DNA from: Ignavibacteria bacterium
GTDB lineage: Bacteria; Bacteroidota; Ignavibacteria; UBA10030; F1-140-MAGs086
DNA length: 64,000 nucleotides
Reading direction: 5' to 3'
NCBI GenBank assembly: GCA_016873775.1
Contig: VGWC01000001.1
Location: 10,141 to 74,140 of the forward strand
A program made the translations under genes and the position numbers. Position 1 is the first letter of the stretch, and every line of letters begins with the position of its first letter. The notes beneath the pieces were generated by a model, which saw only the letters and a program-made list of their open reading frames with translations, did no database searches and was not told the DNA's origin. Positions 29,801-39,270 of this stretch are shown here, one piece after another.

Positions 29801-32800
29801 GAACTGCAGAACATGAAATTTCCGGCAATGGCCCGTTCACTAATCTCCACGTCAATGATACCAATGGAGTTCTTGCGGCTTCCGATATTACAGTGAATGG
29901 AACGCTTACTCTCTCAAACGGGAATATTACTACAAATACGAATAAAGTTATTATCAATTCGACCGGTTCTGTTTCGCACACAAGTGGGCACGTCATCGGG
30001 AATTTAGAAAAAGCAATTTCAGCAGGAAACTCTTCAAAGACGTTTGAAATTGGAAAGGGTAGCAATTACTTGCCCGTTTCTCTTTCGTTCAATAATGTTT
30101 CAACTTCCGGAAAACTTACTGTTAGCACAACCAACGGCGACCATCCGAATATTGCAACTTCTAATGTTCGTTCCGATAAAAGCGTGAATCGTTTCTGGAG
30201 TTTGGCAAACAACGGAATTGCACTCACTTCGTACGATGCCGTTTTCAATTTTCTTTCTACGGATGTTGATGCAAGCGCAAACACGAATAGTTTTATTGTT
30301 CAAAGTTACGACGGAAGTTCGTGGAATACGCATACTGTTGGAACAAAAACAGGAATGTCAACGCAAATACTTAGCTCAACGTCGTTCAGCGATTTTCAAA
30401 TCGGCGAACAAGTGGATAATCCAGTTCCATCAACAACAAGTATTTCTCCAACAACAAAAAATGTCGGTGATGCGGAATTTACACTTACGGTAAGTGGAAC
30501 AAATTTCATCAATGTTTCCGTCGTACGATTGAACGGTTCTGATAGAGCAACAACATTTATCAACAATTCGCAACTTGAAGCAACAATTCCCGCAAGCGAC
30601 TTGTTGAATCCAGGAAATTACAGCATCACGGTTTTTAACCCGGCGCCTGCAGGTGGAACTTCCAATGCGCAAACGCTAACGATTATAGGCGGTTCAATCA
30701 GTGGTGTGAAATTTAACGATACAAACGGAAACGGCGCAAAAGATAACGGAGAAGCGCTTCTTGCAAATTGGGTAATCAATCTTTCGGGAAAGTCAACTGC
30801 TTCCGATACAACCGATGGAAGCGGCGCATTTTCTTTCAGCAATCTTTCTGCGGGTTCGTACACTATTAGTGAAGAGTCGCAAAACGGATGGATGCAAACG
30901 CTTCCGCTTTTCGGTGGGAATTACAACATCAATGTTGGCGCTTCTACAATCGTTTTTTCCGACTATAATTTCGGAAATTTTCAATTTGGTAGTATGAGCG
31001 GAACCAAATTCAATGATACAGACGGCGATGGAATGAAAGAAGTCGGAGAAGTTGGTTTAGAAAACTGGAAAATAAAAATCTCAGGTCCAATGAATGATTC
31101 TGTATTTACAGATGCGAACGGAAATTATACGTTTTCAAATTTAATTGCCGGAACATATACTGTGAGTGAAATTGTACAAAGCGGATGGGTGCAAACTTTT
31201 CCTTCATTACCGGGGACTCATTCTGTTCTTATCAACAGCGGAACAAATTACACAGGAAAAAATTTTGGAAACTTTCAACTTGGCTCGATTGCCGGCGTGA
31301 AATTCAATGACACCGATGGTGATGGAATAAAAGATGTTGGCGAACCTTTGCTTGAAAACTGGCGCATTCGTCTTTCGGGAGCAAAAACAGATTCGATGCT
31401 TACGAATGCTTTGGGACAATATTCCTTCACGAGTTTAGGTCCCGGAAATTATACAGTCAGTGAAGCAGTGCAAAACGGTTGGTCGCAAACATCTTCACCA
31501 ACGTCGTTTTCCATTACGATGTTGAGCGGCGATGTGAACATTGATAAGGATTTTGGCAATTTTCAACTCGGAACAATTTCAGGAAATGTTTTCAACGATA
31601 TTGATGGCGATGGCGTTCGGGAATTTGGTGAAAGCGGTTTGCAATCGTGGAAAATAAAAATCACTGGTCCTCGCATTGATTCTGTAACAACAGATGCGAA
31701 CGGAAATTATTTGTTCACAAGTTTATCTGCCGGAAATTATTCTTTATCCGAAGTTGTGCAAAGCGGTTATGTGCAAACAACATCACCGACAACGCTTTCC
31801 GTTACAATTACAAGTGGAACTATTTCAACCAACAGCGATTTTGGGAATTTTCATCTTGGTTCCGTAAGTGGAATAAAATTCAACGACGCAAATGGAAACG
31901 GCGCAAAAGATGGCGGCGAAGTTGGATTGCAGAATTTCAGAATAAAAATTTCCGGCGCAATCAATGATTCTGTTCTTACGGATGCCAATGGAAATTATTC
32001 ATTCACAAATTTAAACGTCGGAACGTACACGCTCAGCGAAGTGCAGCAAAACGGATATATTCAAACGATGCCGCCAAATCCCGGTACGTATTCAGTGAAT
32101 ATTCAAAGTGGAACAAATGCAGTGAATAAAGATTTCGGAAACTTTATGCAAGGAGAAATCAGTGGTTTGAAATTCAATGACGTGAATGGAAACGGCGCTC
32201 AAGATGTTGGTGAAAACGGACTTCAAAACTGGAAAATAAAAATTTCCGGTCCTCAAAATGATTCCGTTCTTACTGATGCAAATGGAAATTATTCGTTTGT
32301 GAATTTATCTGCGGGAACATACACCGTGAGCGAAGTATTGCAAAGCGGATGGATGCAAACGTTTCCAACATCTCCTTCAACGTATTCAGTAAATATAAAC
32401 AGCGGAACCAATGCAGCGAATAAAAACTTCGGCAATTTTCAATACGGAAGTGTGAGCGGTGTTGTGTTCACCGATACTGATGGTGACGGAACCAACGATG
32501 CGGGCGAAAACGGTCTCGAAGGATGGCGCGTTCGTTTGTCAGGAACACGCACGGATTCGACGTTGACAAACGCAAACGGAAATTATTCGTTTGGAAATCT
32601 CACTGCGGGAAATTATACGGTGAGCGTTGTAGTACAAAACGGATATGTGCAAACTGTTCCCGTTTCTCCGTCAACATTTTCCATTTCCGTACAAAGTGGA
32701 AGCAGTTTTTCGAATAAAGATTTCGGAGAATTTCAACTTGCAACTATCAGCGGAATGAAATTTAATGACCTCAACGGCAACGGTACAAAAGACGGAAACG

Positions 32801-35301
32801 AAACAGGAATTTCTAATTGGAAGATTCGACTTTCGGGAGCAACATCTGATTCAACATTTACTAACGCCGGAGGAGATTATTCGTTTGGAAATTTAACTGC
32901 GGGAAATTACACTGTGAGCGAAGCATCGCAAAACGGATGGATGCAAACTGCGCCTTCACCACTGGGAACTTATTCGCTATCTATTTCCAGTGGAAATAAT
33001 TTGAGTGGAAATAATTTTGGGAACTTTCAACTCGGAACCATTGCCGGTTTGAAATATAATGACGTTACCGGAAACGGTGTTCGCGATGCGGGAGATTCCA
33101 ATCTTTCCGGATGGACGGTGTATTTATTCAGTCCCGATACATTGACGCTTATAGATTCCGCCGTAACTGCCGACGACGGATATGTATTCACCGATTTGCC
33201 GAAAGGAACATATTTCGTTCGGGAAAAATTACAAAGTGGATGGATTCGAACAAGCGCAAATCCTTCTGCAATTTCGATGACGAGTGGTTTCAATTCGGGA
33301 AGTGTGAACTTCGGAAATTTTCAACTTGGAAGCATTAGCGGAACAAAATTTAACGACCTTGATGCTGATGGAACGAAAGATAACGGAGAGCCGGGAGTTG
33401 CAAACTGGAAAATTAAAATTTCCGGTATTGTTACCGATTCTGTTCTTTCCAATGCGAATGGAAACTATACATTTGCAAACCTAACATACGGAAATTATAC
33501 CATCAGTGAAGAATTGCAAGGTGGATGGTTTCAAACATATCCGCCGACACCGGGAACATATTCACTTCTTGTTGAAAGCGGAAGCAATTTAACTGGAAAA
33601 GATTTTGGAAATGTAACGCTTGGCTCAATTAGCGGAACGTTATTTAACGACACTGATGGCGATGGAACAAAAGATGGAAACGAAGTCGGTTTGCAGGATT
33701 GGAAAATCAAACTTACCGGCGCTAAAACCGATTCCGTGATAACGGATGCCAACGGATACTATATTTTTACGAACATTACTTCCGGCGGTTATATTGTAAC
33801 GGAAGAATTACAAAACGGATGGACACAAACGCTACCTGCAAATGCTGGAAATTATACATTGAATCTTGCAAGTGGCGAAAATGCAACGGGAAAAGATTTC
33901 GGAAATTTTCAAAACGGTACAATTTCCGGAATGAAATTCCTCGACATCAATGGCAACGGAACGAAAGACGAAAACGATGGTGGGTTGTCGGGATGGAAAA
34001 TTAAAATCAGCGGAGCCAAAGCAGATTCGACAACTACGGATGCAAATGGAAACTATGCGTTCACGAATTTACTTGCAGGAAATTATACCGTGAGCGAAGT
34101 TCAACAAGCAGGATGGGCGCAAACATTACCTGCAAATAACGGTTCGTATCTTGCTTCAATTTCAAGCGGAACATCAGTGAATAATTTAATCTTTGGCAAC
34201 TTTCCCGGATTAGCAAAATACCGAACGTTTAAAGCGACAACGGATATTTCTTCAAAACCGAATAAGATGAAATACAAGGGAGGATTGCTTACGGTAAAAC
34301 CGAATATTGCAACAGCAGTGGAAAATGTTTTCAAGAAAATCGGAAAAGCAGGAACAACATTTCTTGGTGTTCCACAAGTTTTGAAAGATTCGGCGAAAAA
34401 ATACGGATGGATATTTTTCAAAAAAGCAGGTGAATTAGCAAAACTCTATACAAGCGCGCACAACGCAACAACCTATCCGATTGACTATCTTCGTATTCCC
34501 GGAAAATCGAATAAGAAACTTGTAAAAGCAATCAAACCTTCGCGAGTAATTTACGACAATCCCGCGTGGGAACAAGGCGTGCTTTTCCGTTTGAATATTA
34601 TTGCTAGTGACACGGGGATTACCGTTGATACAAACGCTCCCGGTCGCCGTTTCGGAAGTTTGATTTTGGATACGTCGCATACGCTATTCGGAAAACAATT
34701 GCAAGGAATGGCGCTTCGGGATATTGCCAACTATTTTGATACGTTAATGACGTACTGGGATAGATTGAATATCAAATCCACTACGGAATACACGCAAATC
34801 AATAATTGTATTTCAGCAATAATCAAACCGTTAAACGAACGATTTGCAACAACATTCGATAGTACAAATTATATTGTTGATTCTCTCGGTATTGTTGTTA
34901 GCAAAAATCCCTATGCTGTGCGAATGACAGGATATAAAACTGCGTCGGAAATCGGAATGGTTAAGGAATTACCGAGTAGCAAATCGAACGGAAATTTTGT
35001 TCCTACTGTTGGTTATGATGAAATACCATCGGAGTTTTCTCTCCTGCAAAATTATCCGAATCCGTTTAATCCGACAACCACGATAGCGTTCAACATTCCT
35101 GAACAAACACTTATTACGTTGAAAATCTATAATGTAGTTGGCGAAGAAATTGCAATGCTTCTTGATGAAATGGAGTTTGATGCAGGAACGCATGAAATAG
35201 AATTTGACGCTTCATATTTATCCAGCGGCGTGTATTTCTATCGCTTGTATGATGCGAACGGAACATTCGTTGCAACGAAGAAATTACTTTTGTTGAAGTA
35301 A
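26803..35301 (+). CDS. Giant (2832 aa) T9SS-secreted surface protein. It combines PATR-like β-helix repeats, an IPT/TIG domain, 12 tandem SdrD-B/Cna-B-like domains and a type-A T9SS C-terminal sorting domain.
   Basis: Signal peptide. N-rich '…GNLT.S…T.TL.G' passenger-associated repeats. IPT-like 'SISPTTKNVGDAEFTLTVSGTNF…ITVFNPAPAGGTS'. Twelve repeats of about 97 aa with consensus 'GNFQLG.ISG.KFND.DG(D/N)G.KD.GE.GL.NWKIK.SG…DS..TDANGNY.F.NL.AG.YT.SE..Q.GW.QT.P'. C-terminal 'NYPNPFNPTTTIAFN…LKIYNVVGEEIAMLL…GVYFYRL…KKLLLLK'. Confidence 0.85.
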   Translation: MMPMIQRSLLIDLHYSKILSRLIVIFFIFPIIVLAQSTSWKGNGTTAWNTASNWTNGVPNSGVDAIIGDANMVGTTQPTINTTSASCNNLTIGNETVPSTLTTGNNNFSVSGNVTIGANGTLVHSATSGTRILSVSGNWIQTGAYTAANAVATVSFELPATMSGSGPFKTVVTNDSIALLSNITVNTSLTMNGTFEPNSFAVLGSGSLNLYGTLYINASTFAGNISLSGTKTLEPLSIVHYNASTANQTIDNSLSYAVLNLAGGMTKTAGGNLTVTEDLYLLEGTLNLSTFTANGGGGILDIAENTSLNIGGTNSFPSGYGNITIDVASTVEYNGTNQTVAAQTYGNLTLSNAGATVTKTLPSSSTTIEGNLILNNGSGTSLTANANNALNISGNVTIGNGCTLNGSNYSHNVYGNWTNSGTYNSSANGAVTFNGSNTTLSGNGTNNFYDVNFSGNGISTSSSTNISVSGNFTSNPGASFTHISGGVGTVSLTGTSKSISGSLIKFNHLSLSSSYTTSSSFSIAGNLTVNGSFSATSGAVTFSGTSILSGTGTINFYDVTVSGTLTLAANTTLGIAATLSTSSENFNATSNTPNTVKFNGTGAQNIPALTVYNLQFEGGGTKTVTGNLSLHNDFTIGNSVSFDVASYAHSIAGSISNSGTMLENTSTMTMTGAGKTISGSGVTSFHSFIISVTGNITATQNFSITGNLTNNGTFSNSANTVTFSGSENANINGTTSPTSFNAIAISKIGGASVALGMNISDLSSLNISSGILKLSSFSVSQAGGGGILTIGSGATLTIGGSNSFPTFNAYSISTSSTVEYNGNGTQTISAKNYGNLTSSNSGNRILASSGIIGIAKAFDPGFNSFTITGSTIEFNGSGTQTIPAFNYNNLTSTGIGERVFASGGTIGIAGTFTKGTNSYSTTNSTIDFNGSTQVIPSLTYNNLATSGSGTKTLSGNVTVNGTLSLTSGSFADGGFTVTANGNVENDDAHTGSGKILLSGGTAEHEISGNGPFTNLHVNDTNGVLAASDITVNGTLTLSNGNITTNTNKVIINSTGSVSHTSGHVIGNLEKAISAGNSSKTFEIGKGSNYLPVSLSFNNVSTSGKLTVSTTNGDHPNIATSNVRSDKSVNRFWSLANNGIALTSYDAVFNFLSTDVDASANTNSFIVQSYDGSSWNTHTVGTKTGMSTQILSSTSFSDFQIGEQVDNPVPSTTSISPTTKNVGDAEFTLTVSGTNFINVSVVRLNGSDRATTFINNSQLEATIPASDLLNPGNYSITVFNPAPAGGTSNAQTLTIIGGSISGVKFNDTNGNGAKDNGEALLANWVINLSGKSTASDTTDGSGAFSFSNLSAGSYTISEESQNGWMQTLPLFGGNYNINVGASTIVFSDYNFGNFQFGSMSGTKFNDTDGDGMKEVGEVGLENWKIKISGPMNDSVFTDANGNYTFSNLIAGTYTVSEIVQSGWVQTFPSLPGTHSVLINSGTNYTGKNFGNFQLGSIAGVKFNDTDGDGIKDVGEPLLENWRIRLSGAKTDSMLTNALGQYSFTSLGPGNYTVSEAVQNGWSQTSSPTSFSITMLSGDVNIDKDFGNFQLGTISGNVFNDIDGDGVREFGESGLQSWKIKITGPRIDSVTTDANGNYLFTSLSAGNYSLSEVVQSGYVQTTSPTTLSVTITSGTISTNSDFGNFHLGSVSGIKFNDANGNGAKDGGEVGLQNFRIKISGAINDSVLTDANGNYSFTNLNVGTYTLSEVQQNGYIQTMPPNPGTYSVNIQSGTNAVNKDFGNFMQGEISGLKFNDVNGNGAQDVGENGLQNWKIKISGPQNDSVLTDANGNYSFVNLSAGTYTVSEVLQSGWMQTFPTSPSTYSVNINSGTNAANKNFGNFQYGSVSGVVFTDTDGDGTNDAGENGLEGWRVRLSGTRTDSTLTNANGNYSFGNLTAGNYTVSVVVQNGYVQTVPVSPSTFSISVQSGSSFSNKDFGEFQLATISGMKFNDLNGNGTKDGNETGISNWKIRLSGATSDSTFTNAGGDYSFGNLTAGNYTVSEASQNGWMQTAPSPLGTYSLSISSGNNLSGNNFGNFQLGTIAGLKYNDVTGNGVRDAGDSNLSGWTVYLFSPDTLTLIDSAVTADDGYVFTDLPKGTYFVREKLQSGWIRTSANPSAISMTSGFNSGSVNFGNFQLGSISGTKFNDLDADGTKDNGEPGVANWKIKISGIVTDSVLSNANGNYTFANLTYGNYTISEELQGGWFQTYPPTPGTYSLLVESGSNLTGKDFGNVTLGSISGTLFNDTDGDGTKDGNEVGLQDWKIKLTGAKTDSVITDANGYYIFTNITSGGYIVTEELQNGWTQTLPANAGNYTLNLASGENATGKDFGNFQNGTISGMKFLDINGNGTKDENDGGLSGWKIKISGAKADSTTTDANGNYAFTNLLAGNYTVSEVQQAGWAQTLPANNGSYLASISSGTSVNNLIFGNFPGLAKYRTFKATTDISSKPNKMKYKGGLLTVKPNIATAVENVFKKIGKAGTTFLGVPQVLKDSAKKYGWIFFKKAGELAKLYTSAHNATTYPIDYLRIPGKSNKKLVKAIKPSRVIYDNPAWEQGVLFRLNIIASDTGITVDTNAPGRRFGSLILDTSHTLFGKQLQGMALRDIANYFDTLMTYWDRLNIKSTTEYTQINNCISAIIKPLNERFATTFDSTNYIVDSLGIVVSKNPYAVRMTGYKTASEIGMVKELPSSKSNGNFVPTVGYDEIPSEFSLLQNYPNPFNPTTTIAFNIPEQTLITLKIYNVVGEEIAMLLDEMEFDAGTHEIEFDASYLSSGVYFYRLYDANGTFVATKKLLLLK
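30690..34205 (+). repeat. Array of 12 tandem repeats of about 290 bp encoding SdrD-B/Cna-B-like domains inside the giant adhesin. Conserved at protein level, diverged at DNA level.
   Basis: Repeat starts recognised at GSISGVKFND, GSMSGTKFND, GSIAGVKFND, GTISGNVFND, GSVSGIKFND, GEISGLKFND, GSVSGVVFTD, ATISGMKFND, GTIAGLKYND, GSISGTKFND, GSISGTLFND and GTISGMKFLD, spaced about 290–295 nt apart. Confidence 0.75.
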
Positions 35302-35340
35302 ATTTTTACAACGTTGCGTTAAAAAGGGGAGAAGCATTTT

Positions 35341-35391
35341 GCGCAATGATGCGGAGTTTTCAAAAAACAACGTGAACTCCGTATCATTGCG
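35341..35391. terminator. Bidirectional stem-loop between the convergent giant-adhesin and histidine-kinase genes.
   Basis: Inverted repeat 'cgcaatgatgcggagtt' … 'aactccgtatcattgcg' (17-bp stem with 1 mismatch, 16-nt loop) in the 104-bp convergent intergenic gap. Confidence 0.45.
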
Positions 35392-35405
35392 AAATCCGTC
35401 ACCAA

Positions 35406-36656
35406 TTATTTTGGCAATGTAATTCGAAACGTTGTACCTTTTCCGGCTTTGCTTTCAACGAGTTCCAGTTTTCCTTTGTGATACATTTCAATAATTCGCT
35501 TTGAAAGCGTAAGTCCCAATCCCCATCCTCGTTCTTTCGTGCTGTAACCTGGACGAAACACTTCTTTTCTGTGTTGCGCAATAATTCCTTTTCCTGTATC
35601 AGCGACATCAATGCAAAGTACTTTGTTGTTTCCTTCGAGCGAAAATGTGATGCTTCCGTTTTTTGTTTCAATGGCGTCAATAGCGTTCTTTACAAGATTT
35701 TCAAACACCCATTCAAGAAGTTCACGATTGACGCGAGCAAGAGCTTCTCCGCTGTGATGAAGTTGAAACGCAACTTGTTTTCCTGCGCCAAATCGTGTAG
35801 AAGTGTTGATACGTTTCTGAAAATATTCAACAATCGTTTGAATAATTTCGAGAATGTTTTCTTCTTTTAAATTCGGCTTCGAACCGATTTTTGAAAATCG
35901 TTCGGCAACTTTATTGAGCCGCTGAATATCATTTTCCATTTCGGAAATTGTTTCTAACGCTTTTTCCCGCTCATCCGTATCGCGTTGCAACTGCGATTTG
36001 ATGATTTCCAACCATCCCATCATACTCGAAAGCGGCGTTCCGAGTTGATGCGCCGTTTCTTTTGACATTCCCACCCAAATACTGCTTTGTTCATTTCGTT
36101 TTAAATAACTGAACCCGAAATATGCAAGCAAAACAAACATCGCGCCGAGACTTATTTCGACATACGGAAGTTGTTGAAGTTGCACAATCATTTTTCGAAT
36201 ACTGATAATCGTGTGAGATTCGCTGTAATGAATTTCGCTCACGACCAGTGTTTCTTGATAAACAATTTTGATGGGAGGATTCTGTTCGTCCATTTTCTTC
36301 ACCAGTTGACGCAAAAAAAATGTTTGGGCAGAATCCGAAAGAGCGGAATCCAATACTACATTGCGATACGATTTAATAACATTTCCCGAAGCATCAGTTT
36401 CGATAAGCGGAAAATCAATGGCGGAAATTATTTTATCAAACAGAAATTCAAAATCGGTGGGCGTTTCGCTGTTTGCAACGTGTTCAATCGTTTTGGCGTA
36501 GAGATTTGCAACTTTTTGTTCATCGCGCAGAAGTTGGTGAACGATTGTTTGCAAATTTGTTACGATATATTGCGAGTAATAGAGAATGCCAAGCACCAAT
36601 ATAAATGCTACGGCAAGCAAGAAGAATTTGATGTTTGTGGAGCGAAGGCCGCGCAT
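35406..36656 (-). CDS. Sensor histidine kinase (HisKA + HATPase_c) with an N-terminal TM. Orphan: no cognate response regulator is adjacent.
   Basis: H-box 'HQLGTPLSSMMGWLEI', N-box 'LVKNAIDA', G-boxes 'DTGKGI' and 'GWGLGL'. Confidence 0.85.
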   Translation of the reverse strand: MRGLRSTNIKFFLLAVAFILVLGILYYSQYIVTNLQTIVHQLLRDEQKVANLYAKTIEHVANSETPTDFEFLFDKIISAIDFPLIETDASGNVIKSYRNVVLDSALSDSAQTFFLRQLVKKMDEQNPPIKIVYQETLVVSEIHYSESHTIISIRKMIVQLQQLPYVEISLGAMFVLLAYFGFSYLKRNEQSSIWVGMSKETAHQLGTPLSSMMGWLEIIKSQLQRDTDEREKALETISEMENDIQRLNKVAERFSKIGSKPNLKEENILEIIQTIVEYFQKRINTSTRFGAGKQVAFQLHHSGEALARVNRELLEWVFENLVKNAIDAIETKNGSITFSLEGNNKVLCIDVADTGKGIIAQHRKEVFRPGYSTKERGWGLGLTLSKRIIEMYHKGKLELVESKAGKGTTFRITLPK

Positions 36657-36687
36657 TGTTATAGAAAATTATGACGACGGAATTATG

Positions 36688-37551
36688 TTAGTCAATCTCG
36701 ACGACTAAAAATTTTGAACTTTTCCAAAACTCGAGTTCATCAAGGATACGAAGTACGCATTTCTTTTCTTCGGTTTTTTCAATGGTGTACGAAGCGGAAG
36801 AATGTGTTGAAAGAATTTTTACGTCGTTAACGTCATCAGCGTCAATGGAAAATTCTTTTGTTGTGTTGATGTCAATTTCCGTAAATCCCATTTTTTCGAG
36901 ATTTCCTGTTAAAACGGTAGTGCTGCGAATGCCAAGAATTCCACCTTTGCTTTCAATGATTTTTTTCTTCTCCAATTCATCTTCTGTGCCGATTAAATAA
37001 AATGCGGTGTTGATGATTTTATTTTTTTCCGCTAGTAATGTTCGCAGCGAAGCAATGGTATCCTGTTGCAACTGAATGAGCGTTGTCGCACTTGCAAGTT
37101 GAACACGCAGATTATCGTTCTCTTCGCGTAAGTCTGCATTCGCAGCAAGCAACGAATCAAAACTGTTCAGCAGCGAAGAATATTTCCGTTGAATTGTTTT
37201 GATGACTTTTTCAAGACTATCGAGTTTTCGCGACGAGCGGCGAATCAAATCTGTTTGTTGGTCTAATTCGTTGGCAATAATTTGAAGTTTTTGCTGAAAC
37301 GATATCCGTGTTTCGCCGTGTTCGGGTCTAAGTTGCAGCATAATATTTCTCTTTCGCAACAACGCATCGAGATTTTCATTCATATCGTTGATTTCACTCA
37401 ACGCGCGCTGGTATGCGGTATCCGATGAACTTTTTTCAACAAGAACGGAATCAATTTGCGCTCTCGTAGTATCAACTGCTTCTTTGTTTTCGTTCGAACA
37501 AGCAGAAAAGAGGAAAAGTGTCATTGCAAGTATAAGTGTGTTTTTGTACAT
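36688..37551 (-). CDS. Coiled-coil lipoprotein, hypothetical.
   Basis: Signal peptide plus lipobox (LFLFSAC), heptad-rich region of about 180 aa, then a C-terminal globular domain of about 90 aa. It lies 19 nt downstream of the previous coiled-coil gene and 31 nt upstream of the kinase. Confidence 0.5.
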   Translation of the reverse strand: MYKNTLILAMTLFLFSACSNENKEAVDTTRAQIDSVLVEKSSSDTAYQRALSEINDMNENLDALLRKRNIMLQLRPEHGETRISFQQKLQIIANELDQQTDLIRRSSRKLDSLEKVIKTIQRKYSSLLNSFDSLLAANADLREENDNLRVQLASATTLIQLQQDTIASLRTLLAEKNKIINTAFYLIGTEDELEKKKIIESKGGILGIRSTTVLTGNLEKMGFTEIDINTTKEFSIDADDVNDVKILSTHSSASYTIEKTEEKKCVLRILDELEFWKSSKFLVVEID

Positions 37552-37570
37552 AGTGATTGTTTCTGTTCAA

Positions 37571-38194
37571 TTATTTTTGAGGAATAAGCGGCTTAATTTT
37601 GAGAGAGTCCGCTTGTAAATTAAAGAAAATAAAATTTTTCAATGAATCGTATTCGCGTTGCAATGCAGTGTTTTGTTGTCGAAGAATACGTTCTGTTTCT
37701 AAAAAAGATACGCGCAATGATTCGATCGTTTTCTGATGTTCTTCAAGAGTTTTTGTTTGTTGCCGAGACCATTCGTCTTTTTGTTGCGCGAACGCTTCTA
37801 AAGTTCTGTATCTCGTTCCGTAGTTTATCGTATCAGTGCATAATTGTTGAATGGTATCGCGTTTCATTTGAAGATGCGTCGTGAGCATTTGTATGACGGT
37901 TTCTTTAAAATCAATCGTATCATTGCGCGTTTGAATCTCGCTTTCCAACGAATCCTCAATGGAATTTTTTCGCGTCTCCAATGTTTGCAACGATTCTTTC
38001 AAACGCTTAACTTCCCGTTGCAATTTTGTCTTATCTCCTTGCAATTGTTTAATGAGACGCTGACTTAAAGCAACTTCTTCGCGTAAATTTTTTATGAGAA
38101 TCGAATCGCGCATTTGCTTTTGCGAAAAGGAATAGAGCGGCGAATGAACGTATCCTATGAACACGATGAGTAAGGAAATAAGTTTCAATTTCAT
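37571..38194 (-). CDS. Secreted coiled-coil protein, hypothetical.
   Basis: Signal peptide (MKLKLISLLIVFIGYVHSPLYSF) followed by a continuous K/E/Q-rich coiled coil. Confidence 0.45.
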   Translation of the reverse strand: MKLKLISLLIVFIGYVHSPLYSFSQKQMRDSILIKNLREEVALSQRLIKQLQGDKTKLQREVKRLKESLQTLETRKNSIEDSLESEIQTRNDTIDFKETVIQMLTTHLQMKRDTIQQLCTDTINYGTRYRTLEAFAQQKDEWSRQQTKTLEEHQKTIESLRVSFLETERILRQQNTALQREYDSLKNFIFFNLQADSLKIKPLIPQK

Positions 38195-38282
38195 TCTGCG
38201 TGAAAATTTTTTAAAGCAAAAAAGTCGTGAGAAATTTACGACTCACGACTTTCAAATAAAAGATAAAAATGAAATCTGAATT

Positions 38283-39245
38283 TTACTTAACAAGTTCGCC
38301 TGCTTTTTTCACTTTCAGCATTGTTGCTTCTGACGTTTTCGACACTTTGTAGTTCACGTATTCCAGCACTACTGAACTTGCAATATAAATAGACGAATAT
38401 GTACCAGTGATAACGCCAATCGTAAGAGCAAACCCGAGACCGCGATTGACTTCTCCGCCGAAAAAGAAGAGTATTGTCGTAACAAGAAATATCGTTCCGG
38501 AAGTTATGATCGTTCTGCTTAACGTTTCATTCAGACTTTTATTCATTACGTCGAACAAATTCATTGTGCGATGAATTTTTTGATTTTCGCGAATACGGTC
38601 GAAAATTACAACTGTATCATTCACGGAAAGTCCAACAAGTGTAAGAAGCGCCGCAATCATATTCTGGTCAATTTCAAAGTTGGTAAATGGCGTTAATCCA
38701 TCAATGATAGAAAGTAATCCGAGGACAACAAGAACGTCGTGAAATAATGCGGTAACTGCTCCAACACCATAGATAAACTTAAATCGGAAACCGATGTATA
38801 AAAGTATTGCAACAAGAGAAGCAAATATTGCATACATTGCACCACGTCGAAGTTCCGCGCCAATTTTGGGACCAATTTTTTGTTCCTCCAAAACTTGCGG
38901 AATGTCTTGCGGAAACGAAGTCGAAAGAGAAGAAATAATTTTATCTGCGACCGTTGTTCCTTCGCCTTGTTCCGGAGTGCGAATAAGAATACGAGACGCT
39001 TCGCCATATTCTTTTATTTCTGCGCGGGAAAAACCTGCGTTAGACATTACCGTTCGTATCTCGGAAACTTCAACGGTGCGGGAAAATTGTACAACGACTT
39101 CTGTTCCGCCAAGGAAATCAATTCCCCAACCGATTCCTTTAAATACAAGGGAAATCATTCCAAGAATTATAACAGAAAGCGAAATGGCGAACCACATTCG
39201 TCGCTTTCCCATAAAATCAATGTGTGTTTGTTTGAAAAGACGCAT
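38283..39245 (-). CDS. secF: Protein translocase subunit SecF.
   Basis: 'FMGKRRMWFAISLSVIILGMISL…GIDFLGGT' with the SecF 6-TM layout, directly downstream of secD. Confidence 0.9.
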   Translation of the reverse strand: MRLFKQTHIDFMGKRRMWFAISLSVIILGMISLVFKGIGWGIDFLGGTEVVVQFSRTVEVSEIRTVMSNAGFSRAEIKEYGEASRILIRTPEQGEGTTVADKIISSLSTSFPQDIPQVLEEQKIGPKIGAELRRGAMYAIFASLVAILLYIGFRFKFIYGVGAVTALFHDVLVVLGLLSIIDGLTPFTNFEIDQNMIAALLTLVGLSVNDTVVIFDRIRENQKIHRTMNLFDVMNKSLNETLSRTIITSGTIFLVTTILFFFGGEVNRGLGFALTIGVITGTYSSIYIASSVVLEYVNYKVSKTSEATMLKVKKAGELVK

Positions 39246-39270
39246 TTATAAAGAACTCCAAAATATTTTC

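Noticed and set aside
27222-30333. Multiple 60–200-aa minus-strand ORFs inside the giant adhesin gene
   Set aside because: They overlap an 8.5-kb ORF with clear domain structure and CTD, and have no motifs. Spurious.
30690-34205. Possibility that the 12-repeat array is a recent DNA-level tandem amplification or assembly artefact
   Set aside because: Repeats are only about 50–60 % identical as protein and clearly diverged as DNA, so they are ancient domain repeats, not collapsed or expanded copies.
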